A DNA stretch of 64,000 nt, from contig CBFHPU010000005.1 of NCBI GenBank assembly GCA_965657845.1, positions 11,818 through 75,817 of the forward strand. Direction: 5' to 3'. Position 1 is the stretch's first letter; every line of letters starts with the position of its first letter. This DNA is from Pontimonas sp. (GTDB lineage Bacteria; Actinomycetota; Actinomycetes; Actinomycetales; Microbacteriaceae). Below the pieces are notes generated by a model that saw only the letters and a list, made by a program, of their open reading frames with translations, was not told the origin of the DNA and searched no databases. Of the stretch, positions 38,974-48,842 are shown piece by piece. A program made the position numbers and the translations under genes.

Positions 38974-40458
38974 CTAGCCCGAAAGGCCGAAACTGGACCC
39001 GGGTGCTTCGGGAGGTTTGCCGCCTTGGAGCTGTTGGGCGCGGGTGGCCGGGTTACCCGAGCGTGCTTTAGGTTTTTTCGCTTTGCCTTTGCGTTTGGAT
39101 TTGCCAGAGCCGCCTCCCGCACCGACCGGACCCATGCCCGGTATTTGGGGAACACCACCTTTGGCGACCGTTTTCATCATTTTTTGGGCCTGTTCGAAGC
39201 GCGCCATCAACTGGTTCACGTCGGTGACACTCACCCCTGAACCCAGGGCGATGCGTTTGCGACGAGAAGCGTTTAACAGTTTGGGGTTCACCCGCTCGGT
39301 CGGAGTCATCGACCGGATGATCGCTTCGGTGCGGGCAATGTCTTTATCGTCGACGTTGTCTAACTGCTCTTTCATGCCTCTGGCGCCCGGCAGCATGCCA
39401 ATCATCGACTGCAGGGACCCCATTTTTTTGACCTGCTGGAGTTGGTCAAGAAAGTCATCGAGGGTGAACGTGTCGGAGAGGAACTTTTGTTCCATTTCCG
39501 CCCTAGATTCCTCATCGAAGGCCTTTTGGGCCTGTTCGATGAGGGTCATCACGTCACCCAGGTCGAGGATGCGCTTCGCCATCCGATCCGGGTGGAACAC
39601 TTCAAAGTCGTCGAGCTTTTCACCCGTTGAGGCAAAGAGAATGTCGCGGTCGGTGATGCCCTTCACACTGAGGGCGGCACCACCTTTTTGGTCGCCGTCG
39701 AGTTTGGTGAGGACCACACCGGTGAAGTCGACTCCGTCACCAAACGCTCTAGCTGTGTGAACGGCGTCTTGACCGATCATGGCGTCCAACACAAAAAGCA
39801 CTTCGTCGGGTGTGACCGCATCCCGAATGGCCCTCGCCTGCGCCATCATGTCTTCGTCCACGCCGGTTCGACCCGCGGTGTCGACAATGACGACGTCGTG
39901 GAGTTTGTCGGTGGCGAAACGAAGGGAATCTTTCGCGACCTTCACCGGGTCACCCACCCCGCTACCGGGTTCCGGGGCGAACACCGGAACCTCGACCTGG
40001 CCACCCACAATTTGTAGCTGGTCGACCGCTCCGGGGCGCTGCAGGTCACAGGCGACCAACACAGGGGTGTGACCTTCCGCTTTCAAATATTTGGCGAGCT
40101 TTCCCGCCAACGTCGTTTTACCGGCACCCTGCAAGCCGGCCAACATGATCACTGTGGGGGGAGTTTTGGAAAAACTTAAGCCCCGTCCAGTGCCCCCCAG
40201 GATGGCTTCTAGTTCCTCCATCACAATGCTGACAACCTGTTGGGCGGGGTTTAGTGCCTTATTGACGTCATCGCCCAGGGCGCGCTCCCGCACCGCCTGA
40301 GTGAACGATTTCACTACTTCGAGGGCGACGTCAGAATCGAGCAGGGCTCGACGTATTTCGCGGACCGTCTTATCGATATCGCTCGGTGACAGTCGCCCTT
40401 TTGAGCGCAGCGAACGGAAGGTCTCGGTTAACCGATCGGAGAGGGAACCAAATGCCAT
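38974..40458 (-). CDS. ffh: Signal recognition particle protein
   Basis: The NG domain has GLQGAGKTTLAGKLA, DTAGR and TKLDGD. The M domain is Met-rich (GSLQSMIGMLPG), with a basic C-terminus. Confidence 0.95.
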   Translation of the reverse strand: MAFGSLSDRLTETFRSLRSKGRLSPSDIDKTVREIRRALLDSDVALEVVKSFTQAVRERALGDDVNKALNPAQQVVSIVMEELEAILGGTGRGLSFSKTPPTVIMLAGLQGAGKTTLAGKLAKYLKAEGHTPVLVACDLQRPGAVDQLQIVGGQVEVPVFAPEPGSGVGDPVKVAKDSLRFATDKLHDVVIVDTAGRTGVDEDMMAQARAIRDAVTPDEVLFVLDAMIGQDAVHTARAFGDGVDFTGVVLTKLDGDQKGGAALSVKGITDRDILFASTGEKLDDFEVFHPDRMAKRILDLGDVMTLIEQAQKAFDEESRAEMEQKFLSDTFTLDDFLDQLQQVKKMGSLQSMIGMLPGARGMKEQLDNVDDKDIARTEAIIRSMTPTERVNPKLLNASRRKRIALGSGVSVTDVNQLMARFEQAQKMMKTVAKGGVPQIPGMGPVGAGGGSGKSKRKGKAKKPKARSGNPATRAQQLQGGKPPEAPGSSFGLSG

Positions 40459-40516
40459 GGTGGCTAAAGCCTAGCCGAGTGGCCCTCACAGGCCACCCGA
40501 GTCGTAGTCTGGTGGG

Positions 40517-41038
40517 GTGAGATATTCCTTTGACGACCACACCCCCCAGGTTGATGACTCGGCTTATGTGGCCGCGAGCGCGGACCTGATCGGTCGGGTC
40601 GTGATTGAACCAGACGCCTGTGTGCTCTTTCACGCGGTGCTGCGAGGTGACACCGAAACCATCACCCTCGGTCGAGGGTCAAACATTCAAGACGGGGTCG
40701 CCGTCCACGCCGACCCCGGTTACCCGGTCACTATTGGTGAGGGTGTCAGTGTGGGCCATAACGCGACGTTGCACGGCTGCACCATTGAAGATGATTGCCT
40801 GATTGGTATGGGCGCCACCGTGTTAAACGGTGCCGTGATCGGCACCGGGTCACTCGTGGCGGCAGGAGCGGTGGTCCTAGAAGGTCAAGTCATTCCGCCA
40901 GGGAGCCTGGTGGCGGGCCTTCCGGCCAAAGTTCGCCGCGAATTGGGTAGTGAAGAAATTGAGGCGATTCGCGCTAACGCCGCCCACTACAACCAGCTGC
41001 GCGTCTCTTACGCGAACCAGCACCCACGCGAGGGCTAG
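40517..41038 (+). CDS. Gamma-class carbonic anhydrase / left-handed beta-helix (hexapeptide) family protein
   Basis: It starts at a GTG. The hexapeptide repeats include the His ligand blocks LRGD, IQDGVAVH and VSVGHNATLHGC. Confidence 0.85.
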   Translation: MRYSFDDHTPQVDDSAYVAASADLIGRVVIEPDACVLFHAVLRGDTETITLGRGSNIQDGVAVHADPGYPVTIGEGVSVGHNATLHGCTIEDDCLIGMGATVLNGAVIGTGSLVAAGAVVLEGQVIPPGSLVAGLPAKVRRELGSEEIEAIRANAAHYNQLRVSYANQHPREG

Positions 41039-41901
41039 TCGATCAGTGCGGTGGCGAAGGCTTTGGCCGAAAAGCCTCGCAGGTTGTCAAGGCCTTCACC
41101 GTCGCCGATCAGTTTCACCGGCAACCCGGTGCGCTGTTGCACGGCGAGTACAAAACCTCCACGGGCTGAACCGTCCAGTTTGGTGAGCACCAAACCGGTC
41201 ACCCCGGCGTGTTCTAAAAACAGCTCCGCCTGAGATAGGCCGTTTTGGCCGGTGGTCGCATCCAACACCAACAACACTTCAGATACCGGCGTGAGCTTTT
41301 CCACCACCCGGCGCACTTTCCCCAACTCATCCATCAGGTCCGATTTGGTCTGGAGGCGACCAGCCGTGTCGATCAGGACCACGTCAATGTGTTCCTCCAC
41401 GGCGCGAGCGACTGCCTGGTAGGCGACCGATGCGGGATCTTGACCGTCTTTTTCGGGGGTGACAATCTGGGCATCCGCACGAGTGGCCCAGTGGCTCAGC
41501 TGATCGACAGCGGCCGCCCGAAATGTGTCGGCCGCTCCGATCAGCACACTGCGTCCGGCGCTTCGCAAATATTTGGCGAACTTGCCAATCGTTGTGGTTT
41601 TGCCCACACCGTTTACTCCCACAATGAGCACCACGGCGGGTCGCTCCGTCAGAGTCAACGTGGGGTCGTATTCGGCCAAGTGGGCTTCAATACGCTCTGC
41701 CAACAACGCCTTCACATCGCTGGGGCGACTAAGCCCAATGCGCTCTGCTTCACTGCGCACTTCTGTCAGGAGAGCTTCGGTGTATTCCACACCGGCATCA
41801 GCCATCAACAGGGCGTCTTCGAGGTCCTCCCAGGTGGACTCATCAAGAGTTTCTTGCTGCCACAACCCACGAAGGGCGCGGCCTAACGACCAAGTGGCCA
41901 C
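41035..41901 (-). CDS. ftsY: Signal recognition particle receptor FtsY (short form, NG domain only)
   Basis: Supporting blocks are WSLGRALRGL, VGVNGVGKTTTIGK, DTAGRLQ and TKLDGSARGG. The start is set at GTG 41901 (VATWSLG). The 57 extra codons in the track ORF look non-coding (Arg/Ser/His-rich). Confidence 0.9.
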   Translation of the reverse strand: MATWSLGRALRGLWQQETLDESTWEDLEDALLMADAGVEYTEALLTEVRSEAERIGLSRPSDVKALLAERIEAHLAEYDPTLTLTERPAVVLIVGVNGVGKTTTIGKFAKYLRSAGRSVLIGAADTFRAAAVDQLSHWATRADAQIVTPEKDGQDPASVAYQAVARAVEEHIDVVLIDTAGRLQTKSDLMDELGKVRRVVEKLTPVSEVLLVLDATTGQNGLSQAELFLEHAGVTGLVLTKLDGSARGGFVLAVQQRTGLPVKLIGDGEGLDNLRGFSAKAFATALID

Positions 41902-41906
41902 CGGGA

Positions 41907-42074
41907 CTATTCGCCTTCTACCGGGGCGAGGGGCACCACGGGGGTGTCTGTAGAAGAACTGACGGGAACTTCGGATCCGGCGATGAGTGCCTGAGTGAAA
42001 ATGGAGGCGCTGATGACTGCTGCTGCGGCAATGAGTGTCCAGCCAAAGGCCTGCTTGCGTCCCACACGCCACAC
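41907..42074 (-). CDS. Candidate small membrane protein (52-55 aa), unannotated by the ORF track
   Basis: My own translation, from GTG 42074 or GTG 42065 to TAG 41909..41907, gives (V)WRVGRKQAFGWTLIAAAAVISASIFTQALIAGSEVPVSSSTDTPVVPLAPVEGE. It has a basic N-terminus, one clear TM helix and a Pro/Ser/Thr tail. The RBS is weak. Confidence 0.3.
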   Translation of the reverse strand: MWRVGRKQAFGWTLIAAAAVISASIFTQALIAGSEVPVSSSTDTPVVPLAPVEGE

Positions 42075-42121
42075 ACTACCGTGGCCGGGACACCACCGGT
42101 AAGCCGCGTGTTGCGAAAGGC

Positions 42122-45100
42122 TTACGCGGTGCTGAGTGCTTCGTCTCGCACCCGCTGGCCCACCACAGCACTCACACCGTCATCTCGCATCGATACCCCG
42201 TAAAGGGCGTCAGCGATTTCCATGGTCCGTTTTTGGTGGGTGATGATGATCAGCTGCGAATCTTTTCGCAGTGTCCCCATCACATCCAACAGGCGGCCCA
42301 AGTTGGCGTCATCTAGTGCCGCCTCGATTTCATCGAGGATGTAGAAGGGGCTTGGCCGGGCAATAAAAATGGCGATCAACAGGGCAACGGCAGCCAGCGA
42401 ACGCTCACCACCGGAGAGCAGAGATAATCTCTCAATGTTTTTGCCTCGAGGGCGGACCGACACCTCAACACCGGTGGTGAGTGGAGCGTCAGGGTCGGTC
42501 AAACTCAGTGCCCCTTGACCCCCGGGGAACAACACCGGGAACACTTCATCAAAGGCCGCTTTCGTGTCGGCAAAAGCCGCCATAAACACATCACGCATGG
42601 TGTCGTCAATGTCGTCAACGATGGACAACAAATCCCGCTTGGAGGCGTTCACATCCTCAAGCTGTTCCACCAAGTATTGGTGGCGCTTTTCCATCGCATC
42701 AAATTCTTCCAACGCGAGAGGGTTCACTCGCCCCAAAGCATCCAACTGTTTTTGTGCTCGCGCCAAACGCTTCTGCTGCTCAGCCCGATCAAAAGGTTTC
42801 GTGGCGGGGGTCTGAGCCACACCATCTTCAGCCCCAGCATCTTCTGCGCCACCATCTTCAGCGCGACTGTCCTCAGCGCTGTCGGTGGGGGCAGCATCTT
42901 CCGCCTCCCCCTCTTGGAGGGGAACGGGCTGGTCGGGGCCGTATTCGCTGATCAACACGTCAAGGCTCAAGCCCAGTTCATCGGTGGCCTTTTGGGTCAG
43001 TTGGCCCAGTTGCAGGTTTCGTTCATAGATGTGCATTTCGACTGAGTGCACACTGTCGGTCAGCGCGGTGAGGCGCTCCCGTAATTGTGCTTCGCGCTGT
43101 CGAAGAGCGGCGGCTTTTTCGTCGCTGGAGGCCCGCGCTGCTTCCAGCTCAGCTACCCGCCGTGACGATTCCTCCACACTGGCCCTCGCCACCCGCACGA
43201 GCGCGGGAGTAATTGCGGCGACGCTGGTGGATCGACGGTGCAACTCACGCCTCGCGGCAGCACGGTGGGCTTCTTTTTCCCTCTGGTCTAGCCATGCCTG
43301 GTGGCGCTGTTGGAGGGCCACCACCTGGGATTCTTGGTAACCCACGTGGGAGCGTGCTGCTTCAACAGCCACCCGGGCATCCACTTCCCCCGCACGCGCC
43401 AGTTCAAGGGCTTCGGCGAGAGCCGCACGACCAGATTCATCGACTGCAACGATGGGCTCTGGCTCTGCCTCACTGTGCTGTCCGGCGTTTTCTAGGGCCT
43501 CGGCAGCCAGCGACTTGGCCGCTTCTGCCTGGTCGACTCGGGCTTGCGCCCGCTCCCGCTCGCCCCTGGCCGAATCTAAGGTGGCGGCCAAACTAGAGAG
43601 CGCTTCGCTGCGCGCTGCCCTACTGGCTTCAAATTCACGCACTTCGGCTAGGGCTCGCTTTGCTTCGGCTGACGCCTGTGTGGCGTCGTGTTGTGCCTGT
43701 TCTAGTCGGCTGGCCGCGCGTTCCACTTCTGTGGAGACCCGCTGGAGTTCCGTGGTGGCTTGGTCGCGCTCTGCGGTTAACTCCACGGCGCTTTGTTGGG
43801 CGCCACTTCCGGCTTGCACCCTGGTTCCAGAAAACAGGTCACCCGCTTTGGTGACAATCACGACATCGGCAGGCAGCTCCGGGTGACCCACCCAGTGGGT
43901 GTTGATTTCGTCTAAATCCTCGGCGATAAACACCCGGTGAAGAACCCGCATGAGGCCTTCTGGGCCATTGGCGACATCAGCGGCTGAGACTAAACCTTCC
44001 AATTCGACACGCTCCGAGGTGGCGTGTACTTCATCGACGACGAGGGACAGCCTCGCGTCGTCGCGGCCACTCACCCCGCGGGTGAGATCGAGGGCCGCCT
44101 GGCGGGTAGACACGACCAGTGCGTCAGCTAGTACGCCGAGCGCACGGGCAATGGCTTTTTCGAAACCGGGATTAATGCTGATGAGGTCGGCAACGCGGCC
44201 ACGAACACCCTCTAGTTGTTCCCCGGTACCCGCTTGGTCACTCTCCAACGCGAGGCTCAGTGTGTGCACGGTGGCGGCCAGGGCATCTTTTTCCCGCTCT
44301 AAACGGTGCAGTTCGTGACGCAGAGTGTCTACGTGTTCTTCGGCTTCTGCTTCACGCCGCCAGGCATCTTGCAGTGCGCCCTCAGCGCTGTCAGTGGATG
44401 CGTCTCCTGAGTCGTCCCCGTCAACCTGTGCGTCGTGCCATTGGCGCTCCAATTCCGCAATGCGCTCGTCGGCTAACACCACGGCCTCTTTGGCGACGGC
44501 AACATCGGCAGTGGCATTTTCTAGTCGAGAGTGGGCGACCGCGAGCGCTTCTTGGCGCTCCTGGTTTTTCCGCAACCAGGCATCCCTGGCCGCACGCGAT
44601 TGCTGCAACTGTGTGTCAAATGATTCCAGGGCAGCGCGGGCACTGGCAGTGAGGGCCGCCTTATCGCCCAGTTCCACTTCGGCTGCGGCGAGCGCCTGAC
44701 GGGCCGCATTGACTAACTCTTCGGCTTCGGCGCGTTCGTCATCACTCACACCGGGACCAATGTCACTGGCTTCACTCTGCTCGGCCAACAAGCTAACCCG
44801 CTCGGCCGCGAGCGCGTGGAGGGAGTCGATACGCTCGGCGACCTGTCGCAGTGAACTATCCACGCCGCGGGCTTCGGCGACTCCTGTGCTGGCGCGCTGT
44901 GCCTCGAGGGCGGCGCTTTCTTCCACGACACGGTCTAGTTCGGTCTGAACCAGGGCACGCTCACTGGCACTGGCGCCTTCACTGGCTTGGTAGTCGGCGA
45001 GTTCTCGCTGGAGGGTGGCGACATCATCGGCGAGGAGACGCGCTTTGGCGTCGCGCACCGCCGATTGAATACTTTGAGCTTCTCTCGCGACGTCTGCTTG

Positions 45101-45727
45101 GCGACCCAGGGGTTTGAGTTGACGACGAATTTCGTTGACGAGGTCTTGGAGGCGGGTGAGGTTGCCATCCATGGCTTCTAGTTTGCGAACCGTTTTTTCT
45201 TTCCGGCGGCGGTGCTTGGTAATTCCCGCTGCTTCTTCGATGAAGCGCCTGCGGTCATCGGCGGAGGCGTAGAGGACACGGTCGAGTTGGCCTTGGCCGA
45301 CAATGACGTGCATTTCTCGACCGAGCCCCGTGTCGGACAGGAGCTCTTGAACATCTAACAACCTGGCCGATTCTCGGTTGATGGCGTATTCGCTGGAGCC
45401 GTTTCGAAACAGGGTGCGAGAAATGGTGACCTCGGAATAGTCAATCGGCAACACACCATCAGAGTTGTCGATGGTGAGGCTCACTTCAGCTCGACCCAGT
45501 GGTCCCCTCGATTGGGTTCCCGCGAAGATGACATCTTCCATGGAACCACCGCGGAGACTTTTTGCCCCCTGCTCACCCATCACCCACGCCAACGCGTCAA
45601 CGACGTTGGATTTTCCGGAACCGTTGGGGCCCACCACGCAGGTGACGCCTGGCTCAAACTGAAGGGTGGTCGGTTCAGCGAACGACTTAAAGCCCTTAAT
45701 GGTGAGGGACTTTAGGTGCACCAACAC
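42122..45727 (-). CDS. smc: Chromosome segregation protein SMC
   Basis: Walker A is GPNGSGKSN. Long coiled coils flank a hinge. The signature motif is LSGGERSL and Walker B is FYILDEIEAALD. The protein is 1201 aa. Confidence 0.95.
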   Translation of the reverse strand: MLVHLKSLTIKGFKSFAEPTTLQFEPGVTCVVGPNGSGKSNVVDALAWVMGEQGAKSLRGGSMEDVIFAGTQSRGPLGRAEVSLTIDNSDGVLPIDYSEVTISRTLFRNGSSEYAINRESARLLDVQELLSDTGLGREMHVIVGQGQLDRVLYASADDRRRFIEEAAGITKHRRRKEKTVRKLEAMDGNLTRLQDLVNEIRRQLKPLGRQADVAREAQSIQSAVRDAKARLLADDVATLQRELADYQASEGASASERALVQTELDRVVEESAALEAQRASTGVAEARGVDSSLRQVAERIDSLHALAAERVSLLAEQSEASDIGPGVSDDERAEAEELVNAARQALAAAEVELGDKAALTASARAALESFDTQLQQSRAARDAWLRKNQERQEALAVAHSRLENATADVAVAKEAVVLADERIAELERQWHDAQVDGDDSGDASTDSAEGALQDAWRREAEAEEHVDTLRHELHRLEREKDALAATVHTLSLALESDQAGTGEQLEGVRGRVADLISINPGFEKAIARALGVLADALVVSTRQAALDLTRGVSGRDDARLSLVVDEVHATSERVELEGLVSAADVANGPEGLMRVLHRVFIAEDLDEINTHWVGHPELPADVVIVTKAGDLFSGTRVQAGSGAQQSAVELTAERDQATTELQRVSTEVERAASRLEQAQHDATQASAEAKRALAEVREFEASRAARSEALSSLAATLDSARGERERAQARVDQAEAAKSLAAEALENAGQHSEAEPEPIVAVDESGRAALAEALELARAGEVDARVAVEAARSHVGYQESQVVALQQRHQAWLDQREKEAHRAAARRELHRRSTSVAAITPALVRVARASVEESSRRVAELEAARASSDEKAAALRQREAQLRERLTALTDSVHSVEMHIYERNLQLGQLTQKATDELGLSLDVLISEYGPDQPVPLQEGEAEDAAPTDSAEDSRAEDGGAEDAGAEDGVAQTPATKPFDRAEQQKRLARAQKQLDALGRVNPLALEEFDAMEKRHQYLVEQLEDVNASKRDLLSIVDDIDDTMRDVFMAAFADTKAAFDEVFPVLFPGGQGALSLTDPDAPLTTGVEVSVRPRGKNIERLSLLSGGERSLAAVALLIAIFIARPSPFYILDEIEAALDDANLGRLLDVMGTLRKDSQLIIITHQKRTMEIADALYGVSMRDDGVSAVVGQRVRDEALSTA

Positions 45728-45775
45728 TCCTACGCTGTGGGGATAGCCCGGGCTGTTGCCCGGTAATTCTTCTGG

Positions 45776-46729
45776 CTAACCTACCCGTTTACGCGGTGTC
45801 GGTTGGCATCTGGGGCACCGAAACGAAGACCGGTTCATAAACGGTTCCCGCACAATAGTGCGACCGCATCGACCACACGCCTTCCCGTCTTGGCCGTAGG
45901 CCGACAGTGACTGGGAAAAATACCCGCTTTGGCCGTTGACGTTCACATACTGCCAATCAAAACTGGTGCCCCCTTCGGCCAATGCGTCCTGAAATACCTT
46001 TCGCACATGACCCAAGAGTTCTAACGCTTTGGCGTGGCTCAACCGTGATGCCGGGTAGTCGTAGTGCAGGCGGCTTCGATAGAGCGCCTCATCGGCGTAA
46101 ATGTTTCCCACCCCACTGGTGAGGCGCTGATCGAGCAGTACCCGTTTAATGCCGGAAGACTTTTTACGTATCGCTCTGGCGAGGACGACATCATCGACAG
46201 CCGGGTCGAGGAGGTCTCGTCCAATGTGGTGAACCTGGGAGGGCAACCTCGAATCCTCACCCCCACAACCGGCAGGGACCGGAGTACCCGTGTGGGGGCT
46301 TATCGCATCAGTCGCTTCGACCAGGCGGTCGATGGCGAGTGAACCAAAAAGTCGTTGGTCGACAAAACCCCAGGTGATGGATTGCCCCGATGGGCTACGC
46401 AGCTCGAGCGACACACGTAGCAGTGGCCCAAACTGGTCCGGGTGTTCACCCAAGAGCACCTGACCGGACATCCCCAAATGGCACACCACAGCCTCATCGC
46501 CCGGCCGATCGGGCGATGAGGGATCAGATAGCGGCAACCACAAAAACTTTCCTCGACGAATCGCGCCGTGGAGGGTTCTTCCGACCAGGCGGTGAATGAA
46601 GTCTTCTGTAGGGCCATCGTGTCGCTTCAGTGAGCGCGGATCAAATACGCGCACATCCTCAATCTGCCAGCCGGTGGAATACGGCTCGATGCCTCGCCTG
46701 ACCACCTCGACTTCGGGTAGTTCGGGCAC
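45776..46729 (-). CDS. mutM: Formamidopyrimidine-DNA glycosylase
   Basis: The N-terminus is MPELPEVE, followed by an H2TH region. The C-terminal zinc finger is CGRCGRTIVREPFMNRSSFRCPRCQ. Confidence 0.9.
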   Translation of the reverse strand: MPELPEVEVVRRGIEPYSTGWQIEDVRVFDPRSLKRHDGPTEDFIHRLVGRTLHGAIRRGKFLWLPLSDPSSPDRPGDEAVVCHLGMSGQVLLGEHPDQFGPLLRVSLELRSPSGQSITWGFVDQRLFGSLAIDRLVEATDAISPHTGTPVPAGCGGEDSRLPSQVHHIGRDLLDPAVDDVVLARAIRKKSSGIKRVLLDQRLTSGVGNIYADEALYRSRLHYDYPASRLSHAKALELLGHVRKVFQDALAEGGTSFDWQYVNVNGQSGYFSQSLSAYGQDGKACGRCGRTIVREPFMNRSSFRCPRCQPTPRKRVG

Positions 46730-47428
46730 TTAGGAGCCTCGAAGCGCACCCAGCGCGTTGCGGGCGGCATCAATTTCGGACAGCTTCTTACTGCTTCCCA
46801 CCCCGCGACCGACGGGTCCGGGGGAATGCTGCGGGTGGTCAATAAACACGTCGGCACTAAACGTTTTTTGGTGATCGGGTCCGTCCTCGCTCAACACGTA
46901 ACGCGGGGGCGGCAGCGCCCGGGAGGCAGCGAGTTCTTGTAGCGCCGTTTTAGGGTCCGCCGTCTCATCAAAAGTGCGGGGGTCTTTGATGGTCTCGCCC
47001 ATTAAGCCAATGACGACGCCATCGGCAGCTTTATGGCCCTGTTCGATAAACACGGCACCGATTACTGCTTCGAGTGCATCGGCCAGCAGGGACGGTTTGG
47101 TGCGACCGTCAGTGCGCTCTTCGCCTCGACCGAGCAGAAGAAAGTGTCCGAGGCCAATCTCGGTAGCAACCTTCGCGAGGGCGTGAGTGGAGACGACGGC
47201 TGCGCGGCGTTTGGCCAATTCGCCTTCTGGCAGCTCGGGGTAGTGCTGGTAGAGCAGTGCGGTCACCGATTGGCCTAACACCGCATCGCCCAAAAACTCC
47301 AGGCGCTCGTTGTCGGCGCCACCGTTTTCGTAGGCGTAACTCGAATGCGTCAGGGCATGACGAAGTGCCTCGTCAGAGACGCTGACGCCTAATGCCCGGC
47401 GCAGGACGTCCCAGTCGGGAGGGCTCAT
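46730..47428 (-). CDS. rnc: Ribonuclease III
   Basis: The signature is NERLEFLGDAVLG, with a C-terminal dsRBD (DPKTALQELA...GSSKKLSEIDAARNAL). Confidence 0.93.
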   Translation of the reverse strand: MSPPDWDVLRRALGVSVSDEALRHALTHSSYAYENGGADNERLEFLGDAVLGQSVTALLYQHYPELPEGELAKRRAAVVSTHALAKVATEIGLGHFLLLGRGEERTDGRTKPSLLADALEAVIGAVFIEQGHKAADGVVIGLMGETIKDPRTFDETADPKTALQELAASRALPPPRYVLSEDGPDHQKTFSADVFIDHPQHSPGPVGRGVGSSKKLSEIDAARNALGALRGS

Positions 47429-47446
47429 TGTTGGCCCGCCGTCTTC

Positions 47447-47650
47447 TTAAGCGTCGGAGACGCGGCGACCCTTGTACTCCATGAACAGCGGAGTGCCGTT
47501 GGAGTCTTCCACGACGTGAGCGCGGTGGGGAAGGCGATACACGGTGCGCCCGTTCTCCACAACTTTCACCAGCGTGGGAATTTCCGTCTTCCACTGCGAG
47601 CGACGTGCGTGGGTGTTCGCGCGGGATTTTCTCCGCTTGGGTACAGCCAT
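47447..47650 (-). CDS. rpmF: 50S ribosomal protein L32
   Basis: The N-terminus is [21 protein letters not shown]. It lies downstream of yceD, as is usual. Confidence 0.93.
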   Translation of the reverse strand: MAVPKRRKSRANTHARRSQWKTEIPTLVKVVENGRTVYRLPHRAHVVEDSNGTPLFMEYKGRRVSDA

Positions 47651-47662
47651 GATCTGCCTTCT

Positions 47663-48211
47663 TTACTCTCTCGAGGTGCCATTCTCGTTGGTTGTGGGGT
47701 CTTGGTCCATCAGTTCTCGCAACGCTTCCCAGCGAGGATCAAGCCGGTCTTCCGTGTTTTCCTGCCAGTCGTCCGGGCGTTTTTCTCCCGTTTCCGGATC
47801 CAGTCCGGGACAGTCAGGCGAACACATCGGCTGGAACGGTAGCTGCAGAACTACTTGGTCGCGAACGACAATGCCCAAGTCGATGGTCTCATCGACCACG
47901 GAGCTATCGTAGCCGTCCTGGTCAAAATACGCGAATAGCTCGGTGAAATCCGTCTCAATATCGAGCTCTACCGGATCTAAACACCGCACACACTGCGCCG
48001 CAGCGCGTGTGTGAATCTCGCCGGAGGCGAGAATTCCTTCGTGCACGCTTTCGAGTTGGCCAGATATTTCCACACTCGCGCCTTCAGCCACTTGGGCGAC
48101 GGCTTCGCCCCACACTTCAGGGGTCGACACCCGAAGGTCAAGCTCCCGCATCGACCCGGGTTTCCCCATCAGATCGTGCACGGGAAGAACAAAAGCAGAG
48201 TGTTGGGCCAC
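47663..48211 (-). CDS. yceD: YceD-family (DUF177) protein
   Basis: The Cys pairs CVRCLDP and MCSPDCPGL are present, with an acidic C-terminus. It forms the conserved pair with rpmF. Confidence 0.85.
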   Translation of the reverse strand: MAQHSAFVLPVHDLMGKPGSMRELDLRVSTPEVWGEAVAQVAEGASVEISGQLESVHEGILASGEIHTRAAAQCVRCLDPVELDIETDFTELFAYFDQDGYDSSVVDETIDLGIVVRDQVVLQLPFQPMCSPDCPGLDPETGEKRPDDWQENTEDRLDPRWEALRELMDQDPTTNENGTSRE

Positions 48212-48308
48212 GAGGCAAAAGCCTACCGGTAGGTCGGCTCAAGGTTTCTGGTGGCCACCACGGGTCAGCGAGCGGCCCTACCAGGATGCTCTGAAGCGGC
48301 TGGGTGAC

Positions 48309-48800
48309 CTAGTCGGGGAGGCCGTTGGTGTCGATGAAATCTTTCACGACTTGTGGGACGTAGGGAGAAATATCGCCACCCAGGCGGGCGACTTGTCGCA
48401 CCAGTGAGCTGGAGACGTGGCCGTGGGCAGGGTCGGGCATCAAAAACACGGTTTCGATATCGGCCAGTTTTCTATTCACAATGGCCATCGGGGTTTCATA
48501 GGACACGTCAGCGGGTGAGCGCACCCCTTTGACCAGGACTTTTGCTCCCACTTCGACGCAATAGTCCACGAGCAGGCCCACACTCCAGGAGGTCACCGTC
48601 ACCCCAGTGATTCCCGCCTGCCCCAGCGCCTTTTCGATTAACGACACCCGTTGGGCGATCGGCAGCAGGGCCTTTTTGTCGGGGTTGTGCACCACAACGA
48701 CGTGTAATTGGTCAAAAAGGCCCTGAGCGCGCCTGATCACATCGAGGTGACCCAGGGTGACAGGGTCAAAGGAACCGGGAACAACAGCGATCGAGGTCAC
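48309..48800 (-). CDS. coaD: Pantetheine-phosphate adenylyltransferase
   Basis: Supporting blocks are [18 protein letters not shown] and ISSSLVR-like [10 protein letters not shown]. Confidence 0.95.
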   Translation of the reverse strand: MTSIAVVPGSFDPVTLGHLDVIRRAQGLFDQLHVVVVHNPDKKALLPIAQRVSLIEKALGQAGITGVTVTSWSVGLLVDYCVEVGAKVLVKGVRSPADVSYETPMAIVNRKLADIETVFLMPDPAHGHVSSSLVRQVARLGGDISPYVPQVVKDFIDTNGLPD

Positions 48801-48842
48801 GCAGTAAGCGTAGCGAAGGGGTATTAACGACGTGTTACGCCA

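Noticed and set aside
41245-41886. A 213-aa plus-strand ORF inside ftsY, and the ORF at 35479..36069 antisense to TetR/map
   Set aside because: Both lie fully within genes that have strong motif support on the other strand. No domain is recognisable.
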